Shown: positions 1 to 10,471 of the stretch, one piece after another
How positions within the stretch are numbered: position 1 is the stretch's first letter
How the letters are laid out: each line of letters begins with the position of its first letter
From: an uncultured Verrucomicrobiae bacterium
Lineage (GTDB): Bacteria; Verrucomicrobiota; Verrucomicrobiia; Limisphaerales; Palsa-1400
DNA: 64,000 bases
Reading direction: 5' to 3'
NCBI GenBank assembly: GCA_963764165.1
Contig: CAVXRD010000004.1
Coordinates: 608,001-672,000, forward strand
Program-made: the position numbers and the translations under genes
Notes under the pieces: generated by a model
The model's input: only the letters and a program-made list of their open reading frames with translations
The model's database searches: none
Told to the model about the DNA's origin: nothing

Positions 1-246
1 GCTCAAAACGAGCACCGGCACTGCGGGCCGCAATCGTTTCACGTCCTCCAAGACTTCCAGCCCGCTGCGGCCCGGGATGTTGACGTCCACCAAGACCAGG
101 TCCCACTCCTGTTTCATCAGCAGTTCCAGCGCGGCGTGTGAATTATTGGCTTCGCCCACCTTCACCTCGGGAAAGGCGTCGGCAAAAACTTCTTTCAGTC
201 CGCGCCGCACAATCTCATGGTCATCCACGATGAGTACTCGAATCAT
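1..246 (-). CDS. NarL/UhpA-family response regulator, N-terminal part (runs off window)
   Basis: Manual translation MIRVLIVDDHEIVRRGLKEVF...WDLVLVDVNIPGRSGLEVL is a receiver domain. ATG overlaps the stop of the upstream kinase (ATGA). Confidence 0.9.
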   Translation of the reverse strand, partial: MIRVLIVDDHEIVRRGLKEVFADAFPEVKVGEANNSHAALELLMKQEWDLVLVDVNIPGRSGLEVLEDVKRLRPAVPVLVLS

Positions 247-2099
247 ATAAATTCTCCGCTTATCCCAGCCGCTCCGTCGATGGGAACGCGAATCGTCACA
301 ATGGTTCCTTGATTGGGATGACTCTCATAAGCGACCTCCCCACCCAGAAGAGCCGTGCGTTCCTTGATCCCCAAGACACCAAGCGAGCGGGGATTGGCCA
401 TGTCAGCTTCGGTGGTTCCAATTCCGTTGTCAGAGAGCCGCAGGACGGCAAAGCCTGATTCCACGCTCAAACGGGCCTCGACTTTGGTGGCGCGCGCATG
501 GCGCGCCACGTTGGTCAGGCATTCCTGAAAGATTCTAAAAAGGGCGGTCGAGACCTCCACCGAAAGGCTCGGCTCAGATTCCGGCACATGCACTTCGCAC
601 GAGATCCCGGCCCGTTCCTGAAATCGCCGGCCCTCATATTGAAGGGCCGCGCCCAATCCCAGTTTGTCAAGCATCGCAGGCCGCAGGTTGGCGGCGATTT
701 CCTGGACACTGGCGGTGATGCTGTCCACCAACCCGGTGGCGCTGACGATCGTGTCCAGAAGCGCGTTGACCGGCTGCGAGCTCCCGAGTTCTTCGATCTT
801 TCGCTCCGCGCGAAGCAGGTCCATTCTCAATCCAGTCAGCTTTTGGCCAAGGTCATCGTGAATTTCGCGCGCAATGCGCGTAGCTTCCTCCTCCCGCACC
901 GATTGCAGCCGAGCGGAAAGAGCGCGCAGTTGCGCATAGGAATCCCGCAGCGCGGTTTCGGCGCGCACCCGATCGGTGACATCTTCGTTGACAATAACTG
1001 CACCCACGATCTGCCCGTCCGCGTTGCGGATGGGCGCCGAAGAATTCTGGATTGTTTTCTTTTGGCCGTCGTAGGTTTCAATGTCAATCAACTCGTTCAA
1101 GGAGGTTTGGCCCTCGGAAAGGGCGCGGGCCGAAGCCCAGTCAGCCGGGGCAATCCTCTTGCCAGAGCCGTGCCAAAATGCCTTGCTCTGCGCCCATCGT
1201 TCACGGCCAATGGCGATGGTGCTTCCCCAAATGCGCTTTGTTGCCGCATTGCCGAGAACGATGTCACCCGCCTGATCGGTCACCAGCACTCCCACAGGCA
1301 ATGTGGCGAGGACCAACTCCAGGAGCTGCTGGCTCTGCCGCAGCATATCCTCCGCCCGTTTGCGTTCCGTGATGTCCTGCATGCAATTGACGGCGCCCGT
1401 CAATTCTCCCCTGGCGTTTCTCAAGAGGGAAATATTCGCGAGAGCTGTGATGCGCGACCCGTCCGGCCGCTCCACCACCATTTCCCAATCGTGAGCCGGA
1501 ACGCCCGTCCGCAGCACCTCCTCCATTTTTGAGTTCTCGTGCAGCACGCGTTTGCCATCGGGAGAAAAAAGCCGTAATGATCCGCAATAACGCTCCGATG
1601 CGCGCCCCAGCTCTGGCTCGCGCCCCCATAATTTGACGGCCTCATTGTTATAGCTTTGAATCATGCCTGACTTATCACACACAAAGACGGCGACGGGCAT
1701 CGCCTCCAACAGCCGGCGGAATTGCACTTCGCTCTGCCGCGGCGCCTCCATCCCGCTGCGCTGCGAGGCGGTCAGCCACACGACAAAAAAGGATGTGAGC
1801 GAAGCCGCAACAAACCGCGGCATCTCCATCCCCGAACGCAAATGATAAATGGGAGCGAGAAAGCAATAGTGAAATACCAGCAGGGACAGTGCGAGCGTCA
1901 GCATTCCCGGCTTGAATCCGCCAAACCTGGCACTGACAATCATGCCGCACAAAAACACCGCAAAGGGCTCAAAATTGTAATGAGCCTCCAGCAGCCCTGC
2001 CACGACGCAAGCCGCCGCCACCGACAGAATTGCCGCGCCATACCTGCAAATCGCAGACTTCGCCGTTCGCTGCTCTTGGGCGGTAAATGCTGTGGTCAT
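243..2099 (-). CDS. Membrane PAS-domain sensor histidine kinase (HisKA_3, UhpB/NarX type)
   Basis: N-terminal TM helices, two PAS-like domains, H-box RIAREIHDDLGQ, QECLTNVARHA, DNGIG and LGIKER motifs. Confidence 0.92.
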   Translation of the reverse strand: MTTAFTAQEQRTAKSAICRYGAAILSVAAACVVAGLLEAHYNFEPFAVFLCGMIVSARFGGFKPGMLTLALSLLVFHYCFLAPIYHLRSGMEMPRFVAASLTSFFVVWLTASQRSGMEAPRQSEVQFRRLLEAMPVAVFVCDKSGMIQSYNNEAVKLWGREPELGRASERYCGSLRLFSPDGKRVLHENSKMEEVLRTGVPAHDWEMVVERPDGSRITALANISLLRNARGELTGAVNCMQDITERKRAEDMLRQSQQLLELVLATLPVGVLVTDQAGDIVLGNAATKRIWGSTIAIGRERWAQSKAFWHGSGKRIAPADWASARALSEGQTSLNELIDIETYDGQKKTIQNSSAPIRNADGQIVGAVIVNEDVTDRVRAETALRDSYAQLRALSARLQSVREEEATRIAREIHDDLGQKLTGLRMDLLRAERKIEELGSSQPVNALLDTIVSATGLVDSITASVQEIAANLRPAMLDKLGLGAALQYEGRRFQERAGISCEVHVPESEPSLSVEVSTALFRIFQECLTNVARHARATKVEARLSVESGFAVLRLSDNGIGTTEADMANPRSLGVLGIKERTALLGGEVAYESHPNQGTIVTIRVPIDGAAGISGEFI

Positions 2100-2200
2100 G
2101 ATATCATCTTTTGCGGGCTGAACGTGTTTCGCAGACGCGGACAGGCGGTTTCAGGGGTGACGCCGCTTATATTGGTTTTCCGAGAGTTTATTTAATTCCT

Positions 2201-2270
2201 TCTGGAACATCCAGCCCGAATCTGAGATCTGCTTGCGTCTCTTTTCCTGACTTCGGTCGTTCCAGATTCA
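2201..2270. repeat. Palindromic repeat, TCTGGAAC...TTCCTGACTTCGGTCGTTCCAGATT family (degenerate copy)
   Basis: Right arm nearly identical to 41992-42016 and similar to 40152-40178. Confidence 0.6.
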
Positions 2271-2433
2271 ATTTTCCCAAATATCTCTTCAAGAACCGCG
2301 CCAAAAAACCCCCTGCAGGTTTTCGTTTTCGCGACGGATGCGCAAAAACTGCATCCATGACTGCAAAATGTCGTCATTAGCCAAACCTTTTCCTTGCCTT
2401 TTCCATTCTGCCAACGACAATACATCCCCTTTT

Positions 2434-3312
2434 ATGGATGCTGAAACGCAATCAACAGAGTTGTTCGTTCGGGTGCTCGAGTGGCTGCATGCTCGACGCA
2501 AAATGATCATTGCCGCCACCGTGGTCGTGGTGCTCATTGGCGTCATCATCGCTTTCATGTCTTGGAAGAAAAGCCAGGACGAGGCCAACGCCAATGAGGA
2601 TTTGCTGAACGTGCCGCTTCAATTGGTGCGCCCGGCTCCCATTTCGCCCAAGTCCTTGCTCGATATCGCCAACAACTATCCCAGCACACCCAGTGGCGAA
2701 TACGGGCGCTTGCTGGGCGCAACCGCCCTTTTCACGCAGGCGAAATACCCGGAAGCCTACAAGGAATTCACCGACTTTCTCAACACCTATCCTGACTCGC
2801 CTTTGGCGCCCCAGGCCAAGGTCGGCGTGGCCGCTTCCCTGGAAGCGCAGGGGAAAATCACGGAGGCGGAAAATAAATATCACGATATCATCCTGACCTC
2901 CAGCGAGCCCAATATCGTTTCGCCAGCCAAGCTCACGCTGGCCCGCCTTTACGAAGAGAACGGCCAGCCGCAGCAGGCGTTTAATTACTATGTGGAATTG
3001 GCCCGCGGCGCCGCCCAGAACCAGGGCGATCCGTGGGCTGTCGAGGCCCAGGAGCGCGCGCGTTTGCTCGTGTCCAAGCATCCCGAGGTCGCAAAGGCCC
3101 TGCAGGACGCGGCCGCGAAAGCCGCGCAGAGTCCGGCGGCCGGTTTTACTTTAGGCACGCCAACACAACCAGGCCCGTCTGGAACGACTGCGGCCCCGGC
3201 GCCGTCTCCCGCTCGCCCATCGAACGCGCCGGGGAGCGCGCCTGGCGGCCAGGCGCCGACTTTGATGAACATCCCGAGCGCTTCGAACACGAACGCAACC
3301 AAACCGAAATGA
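2434..3312 (+). CDS. Single-TM tetratricopeptide-repeat protein (YfgM-like) with Pro/Ala-rich tail
   Basis: N-terminal TM, YPSTPSG and YPDSPLAPQAK TPR motifs. Start chosen at ATG 2434. Confidence 0.75.
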   Translation: MDAETQSTELFVRVLEWLHARRKMIIAATVVVVLIGVIIAFMSWKKSQDEANANEDLLNVPLQLVRPAPISPKSLLDIANNYPSTPSGEYGRLLGATALFTQAKYPEAYKEFTDFLNTYPDSPLAPQAKVGVAASLEAQGKITEAENKYHDIILTSSEPNIVSPAKLTLARLYEENGQPQQAFNYYVELARGAAQNQGDPWAVEAQERARLLVSKHPEVAKALQDAAAKAAQSPAAGFTLGTPTQPGPSGTTAAPAPSPARPSNAPGSAPGGQAPTLMNIPSASNTNATKPK

Positions 3313-4607
3313 AACTGACAATTATTGGCACCGGCTACGTAGGACTAGTCTCAGGCACCTGTTTTGCAGAGGGCGGCCACGAAGTCATCTGTGTCGATCG
3401 CGACGCGGAAAAAGTCAAAATGCTGCAAGCCGGCGGAATGCCGATTTACGAGCCCGGCCTCGCGGAACTAGTCAAGAAAAACGCCGCCGCCGGTCGCCTG
3501 CGCTTCACCGCCAGCACCCAGGAAGGTGTGGACAAATCGGACGTGATATTCATCGCGGTCCCGACGCCGCCGCAGCCGGATGGCGCGGTGGATTTGAGCT
3601 TCATCGAGGGCGTTTCCCGGGAGATTGCGGGCGCGATGACGGCATATAAAATTATAGTTGACAAGAGCACGGTGCCCGTCAAAACCGGCGAAAAAGTCAC
3701 CGAGACCATCAAACGCTACTGCAAGGCGAAGGTGGATTTCGATGTCGTCAGCAATCCCGAATTTCTGCGCGAAGGTTTTGCGGTGGATGATTTCATGAAG
3801 CCCGACCGCGTCGTCATCGGCGTCCTCTCGCCCCGCCCCGTCGCGGCGATGAAAGAGATTTACGCTCCTTACAATGCACCCGTCATTGTGACGGATATCA
3901 ATTCGGCTGAGTTGATCAAACACGCGGCGAATTCCTTCCTCGCGTTGAAAATTTCTTACATCAACGCAGTCTCCGTGATCTGCGAACTGTCCGGCGCGAA
4001 CGTCCAGGAAGTGGCCCTCGGCATGGGCATGGATGCGCGCATCGGCCGGCGGTTTCTTGATGCGTCGCTCGGCTTTGGCGGGAGCTGCTTCCCCAAGGAT
4101 CTGAGCGCCTTCATTCATATTTCCGAATCGATGGGCTATGATTTCGGCCTCCTCAAACAGGTGCAGCACATCAACACCTCGCAGATGGAGCGCTTCGTCA
4201 AAAAAATCACGGACACGCTTTGGGTCGTCAAAGGCAAAACCCTCGGCGTGCTGGGATTGGCGTTCAAGCAGAACACTGATGACGTCCGCACTTCGCCGGC
4301 GATTGATTTGTGCCAGCGGCTCGAAAAGGAAGGCGCCAAATTGCGCGTTTACGATCCGCAGGCGATGGAAAAAGCCAAGCCGCTCCTGCCCAAGGCCACC
4401 TACGTCAATGACATGGACGAAGTCGCCGAAGGCTGCGATGCGCTCATCATCGCCACCGAGTGGCCGCAATTCAAAAAGCTCGACCTGGATCGAGTCAAGA
4501 AGAACTTGGCCCATCCGATTATTTTCGACGGGCGCAATTTATTTGACGTCACGGAAATGGAGCACCTGGGTTTCCTCTACAAGAGCATCGGCCGCGGCAA
4601 GGCCTGA
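3309..4607 (+). CDS. ugd: UDP-glucose 6-dehydrogenase
   Basis: IIGTGYVG, KSTVPV, SNPEFLREG, GFGGSCFPKD and DGRN motifs. ATGA coupling with the upstream gene. Confidence 0.95.
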   Translation: MKLTIIGTGYVGLVSGTCFAEGGHEVICVDRDAEKVKMLQAGGMPIYEPGLAELVKKNAAAGRLRFTASTQEGVDKSDVIFIAVPTPPQPDGAVDLSFIEGVSREIAGAMTAYKIIVDKSTVPVKTGEKVTETIKRYCKAKVDFDVVSNPEFLREGFAVDDFMKPDRVVIGVLSPRPVAAMKEIYAPYNAPVIVTDINSAELIKHAANSFLALKISYINAVSVICELSGANVQEVALGMGMDARIGRRFLDASLGFGGSCFPKDLSAFIHISESMGYDFGLLKQVQHINTSQMERFVKKITDTLWVVKGKTLGVLGLAFKQNTDDVRTSPAIDLCQRLEKEGAKLRVYDPQAMEKAKPLLPKATYVNDMDEVAEGCDALIIATEWPQFKKLDLDRVKKNLAHPIIFDGRNLFDVTEMEHLGFLYKSIGRGKA

Positions 4608-4627
4608 CGGCCGGCGCCACAGTTGCC

Positions 4628-5068
4628 ATGGACGACTCGGGCAGCGCGGGACGGCGTCCCATCGAAGTCGCGGCCGGCGTGGTTTTCCGCGATGGCAAAC
4701 TGCTCATCACGCTCCGCCTCCCCGGCGCCCACTTGGGCGGCTTGTGGGAATTCCCCGGGGGCAAACGCGAGCCGGGCGAATCGTTCCAAGCATGCCTGCG
4801 CCGGGAACTGGCGGAAGAGCTTGGCATTGAAGTCGAAGTTCATGAGGTGATCGAGGAGTTGACGCACGACTACCCGGATCGAACCGTCCTGCTGAAGTTC
4901 TTCCGCTGCCGCTGGCTGCGCCACGAACCGCAGGCGATTCTCTGCCATGACTTCGCCTGGATTGAGGCCGCCCAGTTGTCAGACTATGCCTTCCCCGACG
5001 CCGACGCTCGATTGCTTGACAAGATCCGCCACGATTGGGAGCGGTTGGCCACCTTTTCGGCCGGGTGA
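4628..5068 (+). CDS. mutT: MutT/NudG-type Nudix hydrolase
   Basis: HLGGLWEFPGGKREPGES...RRELAEELGI Nudix box; AFPDAD. Confidence 0.88.
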   Translation: MDDSGSAGRRPIEVAAGVVFRDGKLLITLRLPGAHLGGLWEFPGGKREPGESFQACLRRELAEELGIEVEVHEVIEELTHDYPDRTVLLKFFRCRWLRHEPQAILCHDFAWIEAAQLSDYAFPDADARLLDKIRHDWERLATFSAG

Positions 5069-5247
5069 GACTCTTGGGAGGCGGAACTTCCGTCGAACCC
5101 AGTATAGATTTTTTCAATCGGCGAGCGGATATCTTTCCGATCTCATGAAAGCGTGATCAGGGCTCGTCCAGAGTGTCGCCCTACCGGAAGCGTAAATATC
5201 CAGCGCGAGTCGCAAAGTTGGTGTATAATACAGCGGGACTTAACCGC

Positions 5248-8200
5248 ATGTTTCGGTTTTACATTCGTTCATGGAGGAGGGTAGGTGTAGCGCTTGCGGC
5301 TGTCGCCATGGAGTGGAATGTACACGCGGCGAATGTGCTTCTCAGTTCGTTTCAAGCCGGCAGCGGAGATTGGCAATTGGGGGCGCCGACGGTCGGGAAT
5401 ATTGACAACACGCCGGACTTGGAAATCATCGTCCCCTACCGCACGACCAGCGGGCAGTGGTTTCTTGACGCTTTTAAATGGAACGGCACGGAACTGCCCG
5501 GATTCCCATGGTCGGACAGCAGCAACAGCGTGATCAACACCTCTCCGACACTTTATGACATCAATGGCGACGGGACGAACGAGATTATTTTCACGTGCGG
5601 CACGAAAGTAATCGCGTTGAATGGCAAAGGAACCGTTGTTTGGTCCAGCAACGTGGATCGTGGAAATTACATTCCCAACGGTGGCTTTCAAGTCCCCACC
5701 AATGGCTTTTATTGGTATCCCACGTATCTGTGGCTGCAGAATCTTCCGGTCACTTCCATTTTTTATTCGCAGGTTTCGCCGCCGATGATTGCCGACCTTG
5801 CGAACTCCGGACACAAGGAAGTCATCACCGCCTGGAAAATCAATCCGGACAGCACCGGAGGCGGGCAGGATTTCAATCCGTTCATCAGCCAGATTTGGGG
5901 CTCCGGCGAATGGGGCACGATGGGCGAGACGTGGTCGGGCGGGGTGGTCTTTCACAACGCCGCCACGGGCGCGCAGGATTATGTTTATCACATCGAGCAG
6001 CTTGTTGAATCCGGCCTGGCCCTTGGCCACGCCACCACCAACGTTCCGACGGATGTCTACGTCTTGAACGACAGCGACAGCGTGGCCGCCTTCGACAAAT
6101 CCCAGCCCAACGGCCTTTGGGGCCGCGGCACGCTGCAAGGGATGTTTGGCAAGAACCAGCAACTGATGAGCGGCTCTTATGAATTGCCGGTGGACGTCTA
6201 CACCGCGGACGTCAAGGGAGACGGCCTGTCCGAAGTTCTCGTGCCGATGACGCGCGTGCCAAGCTATCATCAACCCGGCGACACGATTCTCGATAACGAT
6301 GGCGCAATCCTTTGGCGAGAGTGGCGGCAAAGCACAAATTACAATAACGTCCACGGGTGGCTCAACAGCGCCAGCATGATCCCAGTCAATCCGGACCACG
6401 ACAATCACATTGACGTGCTCACGTTCGCGCAGTCGTTTGAGATAGATTACAGCTATTGGAACGGGATTGCGCTGGTGGACCATCCAGGCTGGCCGATTGA
6501 TTTTTATCCTGGCCTTCCCACGCCGCCAGTGGTGGGCGATGTCGACGGCGACGGCCAACAAGAAATCATCATCGGCACCTACGATCCCACCGTCTATCCT
6601 TCGAGTGGGAATTTGTATGTCTTCGCGCTGGACGGAACACAGAAACAGGTCATCCCTGTGCCCGGCGGCGTCAAACAAATTCCGTCACTGGCGGATGTCA
6701 ACAATGACGGCTCGCTGGACGTGATTTATCGCTCAACGCTGGGTGTGGTTTACGTGCAGAATTTCGGCGCGACCAATGCCACGAATGTTTCCTGGGCCAC
6801 TCACCGCGCCAACGCGCAGCACGATGGCAATTACCAGGTCTCGCTGTTTCCCCCGGGCACGCCATTCATCACGAGCAAAGCGGGCGGCTTCCGCAAAGCG
6901 ATGTTTAGCTGGGGTGGCCCGGCGACGAATACCGCAGCGGAATACCGAATCTATCGCGCGACGACCGCGAACGGCCCGTTCACGCGTCTCCTCACGCTTC
7001 CTTCAACCACCAGGTCTTACACCGACGGCGGGCTGGTGGAGGGCTGGCAGTATTTTTATGAAGTCGGCGCATTGCAGAACGGGCAGGAAGTTCTCTCATC
7101 CCCCTTCGCCGTGCTCTCGATGTTAAACAGCAACCTTCTGGCCAACGGCGGCATGGAGGAAAATGACAACAGCCATTGGGACAAATGGTTCACCGGCGAC
7201 ATCAACTGGAGCAACATGATTGGCAACACCAACGTGTTTTACGAAGGCCAGCAATCGATGGAAATCATCCTCAACACCAATGGCACGGACGGCACCATCA
7301 GCCAGTTCAACCAATATGGAATACCCGACAGCGTTTTCTACACGACACCCGGCGTGCTCTACAGCTTTGGCGGCTTCCTGCGCAGCGGCGGATTGACGCA
7401 GTCCACCGAACAGTGGTTTGAGTGGGCTTCGACACCAACCGCGGTGAACACCAATGCGCCCCCCAGCCTGCCCTATCCAAATTATTACACGCCGCACTTC
7501 GTCACCGGGACGGCGCCCAGCGGATGGGTCTATGAAAATCGCGCCTTCATCATGCCCGCGGGCTTTCCGAATGCCCAATTTTGGCAGCGCTATTCAGTAA
7601 ACAGTCCGGTGAGCGGCTCCATGTATATTGACAACGCCTTTTTCAGGCCACTGCCGCCGCCCTCCAGCGCCGGGTGGAATGAGGTGCTCCCGTTTGGCTC
7701 GCAATGGCGCTACTGGCTACTTGCCGCGCCGCCCAATTGGTATGCGCCGGGATTCAACGATTCGTTATGGCCCCAAGGAAAAGCGAAGATAGGCGCAGGA
7801 ACCGGGCCGCAAAACATCAACACCTACGTCACACCATTCCTGCCCGCCTACTATTTTCGGACGACGTTTACGCTGGCCAGCACGAACATCGAAGAATTCT
7901 TATTGTCAGCGACCTGCACGCAAAACCCCGCGGGGCCTTCGATGCAGATTTATCTCAACGGCCAGCTTGTTCCCGCCACGGACATCGGCGCGGTTTCTGC
8001 CCAAGGAAATCAAGTGCTCTACTTCGACCTCGCCCCGTTCATCGGGCTTTTGCAGCCCGGCACGAACCTCATCGCGGCGGTGCTCAACAATTACACGCTC
8101 CTGGCTTACGATGACGTGGCATTCGATCTCGATTTGAAAGTGATGCCCGGCGTGACGCCAAACATCGGTGCCCAGATTCTTTCCGCGACGCCTGACGCAA

Positions 8201-8409
8201 CCGGCGTGAACCTTCTGGTGCAAGCTCCACAAAACTCGGTTTGGGCTGTGCAGTCCCAAGACAACGTCAGCGAATCCCAGCCCTGGCAATTGGTCCAGAG
8301 TTTCACCAACGGAAATTCCACCACGATCACCATCCGCGACACTGGGCAGAATGGCAGGCCGCCACCGCAGTCAATTCCGTCGCGCTTTTACCGCGTTATT
8401 CCTTACTAA
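5248..8409 (+). CDS. Secreted FG-GAP/VCBS repeat protein with FN3-like and carbohydrate-binding-like domains
   Basis: Signal-like N-terminus, repeated DxNGDGxxEII motifs, YRIYR FN3-like segment, NLLANGGME CBM-like start, C-terminal RFYRV. Start uncertain. Confidence 0.8.
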   Translation: MFRFYIRSWRRVGVALAAVAMEWNVHAANVLLSSFQAGSGDWQLGAPTVGNIDNTPDLEIIVPYRTTSGQWFLDAFKWNGTELPGFPWSDSSNSVINTSPTLYDINGDGTNEIIFTCGTKVIALNGKGTVVWSSNVDRGNYIPNGGFQVPTNGFYWYPTYLWLQNLPVTSIFYSQVSPPMIADLANSGHKEVITAWKINPDSTGGGQDFNPFISQIWGSGEWGTMGETWSGGVVFHNAATGAQDYVYHIEQLVESGLALGHATTNVPTDVYVLNDSDSVAAFDKSQPNGLWGRGTLQGMFGKNQQLMSGSYELPVDVYTADVKGDGLSEVLVPMTRVPSYHQPGDTILDNDGAILWREWRQSTNYNNVHGWLNSASMIPVNPDHDNHIDVLTFAQSFEIDYSYWNGIALVDHPGWPIDFYPGLPTPPVVGDVDGDGQQEIIIGTYDPTVYPSSGNLYVFALDGTQKQVIPVPGGVKQIPSLADVNNDGSLDVIYRSTLGVVYVQNFGATNATNVSWATHRANAQHDGNYQVSLFPPGTPFITSKAGGFRKAMFSWGGPATNTAAEYRIYRATTANGPFTRLLTLPSTTRSYTDGGLVEGWQYFYEVGALQNGQEVLSSPFAVLSMLNSNLLANGGMEENDNSHWDKWFTGDINWSNMIGNTNVFYEGQQSMEIILNTNGTDGTISQFNQYGIPDSVFYTTPGVLYSFGGFLRSGGLTQSTEQWFEWASTPTAVNTNAPPSLPYPNYYTPHFVTGTAPSGWVYENRAFIMPAGFPNAQFWQRYSVNSPVSGSMYIDNAFFRPLPPPSSAGWNEVLPFGSQWRYWLLAAPPNWYAPGFNDSLWPQGKAKIGAGTGPQNINTYVTPFLPAYYFRTTFTLASTNIEEFLLSATCTQNPAGPSMQIYLNGQLVPATDIGAVSAQGNQVLYFDLAPFIGLLQPGTNLIAAVLNNYTLLAYDDVAFDLDLKVMPGVTPNIGAQILSATPDATGVNLLVQAPQNSVWAVQSQDNVSESQPWQLVQSFTNGNSTTITIRDTGQNGRPPPQSIPSRFYRVIPY

Positions 8410-8468
8410 CTCCGCTTCGAGCGAGCACTTGATTTTATCACAGAGTGGCCCACGGTTGAACCGCTTTT

Positions 8469-8666
8469 ATGGCACAAACGCCAAAGAATAGACCGCCTTT
8501 AGTGCGGGTATGTCCTGTTTGCAAGGGGACCGGATTAGATAAGGAATCGCACCGGAGATATACCACTGGTGGCCACGATGACCGCACTTGCAAGCGGTGC
8601 AATGGAGAATGCGTCATTGATGATCAGGATGACCCCGGCAAGTTGAACTCCCGCAAATCTGGATAG
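8469..8666 (+). CDS. Small CxxCxGxG zinc-ribbon protein
   Basis: CPVCKGTG...CKRCNGEC motifs in a 65-aa intergenic ORF. Confidence 0.55.
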   Translation: MAQTPKNRPPLVRVCPVCKGTGLDKESHRRYTTGGHDDRTCKRCNGECVIDDQDDPGKLNSRKSG

Positions 8667-8741
8667 TCAAAGCAGCCCACCCACCGACTGCCGTCCGGAT
8701 TCATTGCGACGAAGGAGCGATGGCACTATAATGGCACCGTA

Positions 8742-10418
8742 ATGAGGCGGCTGACCATTCAAATTTCGTTCCTCCTGCTCCTCGCCTTTGGGGCGACAGC
8801 GCAGCCGTCGCTGGACTTTTTCACGAACAAGGCGAGCGCGCTGCTCCAAGCTGTATATGGTTTTGGCGTGACGAACATTCCCATCTACTCACCCACGGAC
8901 ACCAACGTCGGTTATACATCTTCAATCCATTATCTGCTCCAATCGGCAGCCAATCTTTACGACGCTGGCACACCGGCCACAAATTTCCCGTCCGTTTTTC
9001 GGCCGCTGTTTGGATGGAACAGCAATACCTTGGAAATCGTCGGCTACACGAATGTGACCACCGGTTTCTTCCCGCAAATCAGCTCAGGATTCAAAGCCCT
9101 CGGCGATTCGACGATTACCACAAACGACAATGTTTGGGGAATCCCGTGGGTTGTCGGCATGAAGAACGACCCACCGGCCTTCAGCGGCTTTGCCTATCTT
9201 ACTGAGGTTCTCGCTGAGCGGCAACTGTTGTTCCAGCGCGCTACCAACGCAAACGGGGCGCCAAACACAAACATTCCACCGCAGTACACGAATCAGTTTT
9301 TTATAATGACGATTTCGAACTCCTTCGGATTGAAGGCTTGGAATTTCAACAGATCCGCATACACGAATCCAGTCACGATTCTGGTCACGAATCAAATTTT
9401 CGTGACACTGACGAATAATTATAATTGGGGCTCCGTTTATTCGGTGTCAATTGGAACGAATGAACCGATTGATTCATGGCAAGGCTGGAGCGGCAGCCAA
9501 AGTGATGGGAGTTTCTTGGTTCCAATTATAACAAACATCACTGCACTTCCGCAGTCGTATTGGTCGGAGAATCAGAGAACGATGATTGCGCTCCCGGAGG
9601 GCGTCGCAGCTTCAAACGGGTTTTCCGCGACCGACCTTTACCAAACCGGGTGGCCAGTGCATCAGTGGACCGTTGCCGTCACAAATAATCTCGTCTACGC
9701 ATTGGTCGATGATAACTCGGGAGCCGTATTGGATTTTGTGAATCTTGGCGGATTTGGAAAGCTCTTTCCGATTACAACCCTGCTCCAAAACGCACCGCCA
9801 GGGGGAGTCTTTGGAGGCGGAGGCGTGCCATCTGGTGATTATTGGGAAATTGGAGCCGCAACGGAAGCGCCCAATTCACCAATTTCGACTGGAGTTCTAT
9901 ACCAGATCCAGCAAAGCCTCACAAACCAGTATTTTTTAAGCGCCCTGCGCGGCGTGCCGTACAGCGCGGCGAACGCGCCTGACTATCCCGGCCCTCTCTT
10001 CGGTTGCCCGTTTCAGGCGAACATCTCTATCCTGCAAACTTGCAAATGGGCCTCCGCCAATCCTCGGGTTCATTATACCATTTCAGATTTGGCAAATGTG
10101 TTAAACAACCTATTTGAGTATTCCGCGCCCTCGCCATTCGCGCTGACACCTTCATCCTACGCCGGTATCAATACCTATTATAATTCCGGCGCACCGACAG
10201 CCGAGATGGCGCTCCCTGACGGTGCGGCTCTCCAGCTTACGTTTACCGGCTCGACGAATATGCCTTACGTCGTATGGGAATCGCCTGACCTCATCAATTG
10301 GACCCCGACCGCAGTCGCAATGCAAGTCCGGCCAACTTTCGGACTAAGCTCATTTCAATTCAGCGCCATGATAAATACGAATTTACCGGCGCTTTTTTAT
10401 CAAATTCGGCAGCCGTGA
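8742..10418 (+). CDS. Secreted Thr/Asn-rich hypothetical protein
   Basis: Signal peptide; C-terminal ESPDLINW...LFYQI domain. Confidence 0.75.
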   Translation: MRRLTIQISFLLLLAFGATAQPSLDFFTNKASALLQAVYGFGVTNIPIYSPTDTNVGYTSSIHYLLQSAANLYDAGTPATNFPSVFRPLFGWNSNTLEIVGYTNVTTGFFPQISSGFKALGDSTITTNDNVWGIPWVVGMKNDPPAFSGFAYLTEVLAERQLLFQRATNANGAPNTNIPPQYTNQFFIMTISNSFGLKAWNFNRSAYTNPVTILVTNQIFVTLTNNYNWGSVYSVSIGTNEPIDSWQGWSGSQSDGSFLVPIITNITALPQSYWSENQRTMIALPEGVAASNGFSATDLYQTGWPVHQWTVAVTNNLVYALVDDNSGAVLDFVNLGGFGKLFPITTLLQNAPPGGVFGGGGVPSGDYWEIGAATEAPNSPISTGVLYQIQQSLTNQYFLSALRGVPYSAANAPDYPGPLFGCPFQANISILQTCKWASANPRVHYTISDLANVLNNLFEYSAPSPFALTPSSYAGINTYYNSGAPTAEMALPDGAALQLTFTGSTNMPYVVWESPDLINWTPTAVAMQVRPTFGLSSFQFSAMINTNLPALFYQIRQP

Positions 10419-10471
10419 GCATTACGGCGTTGCCTTCGCGGGTGCGGAGTTGAGATACTGAGAATGTGCAA

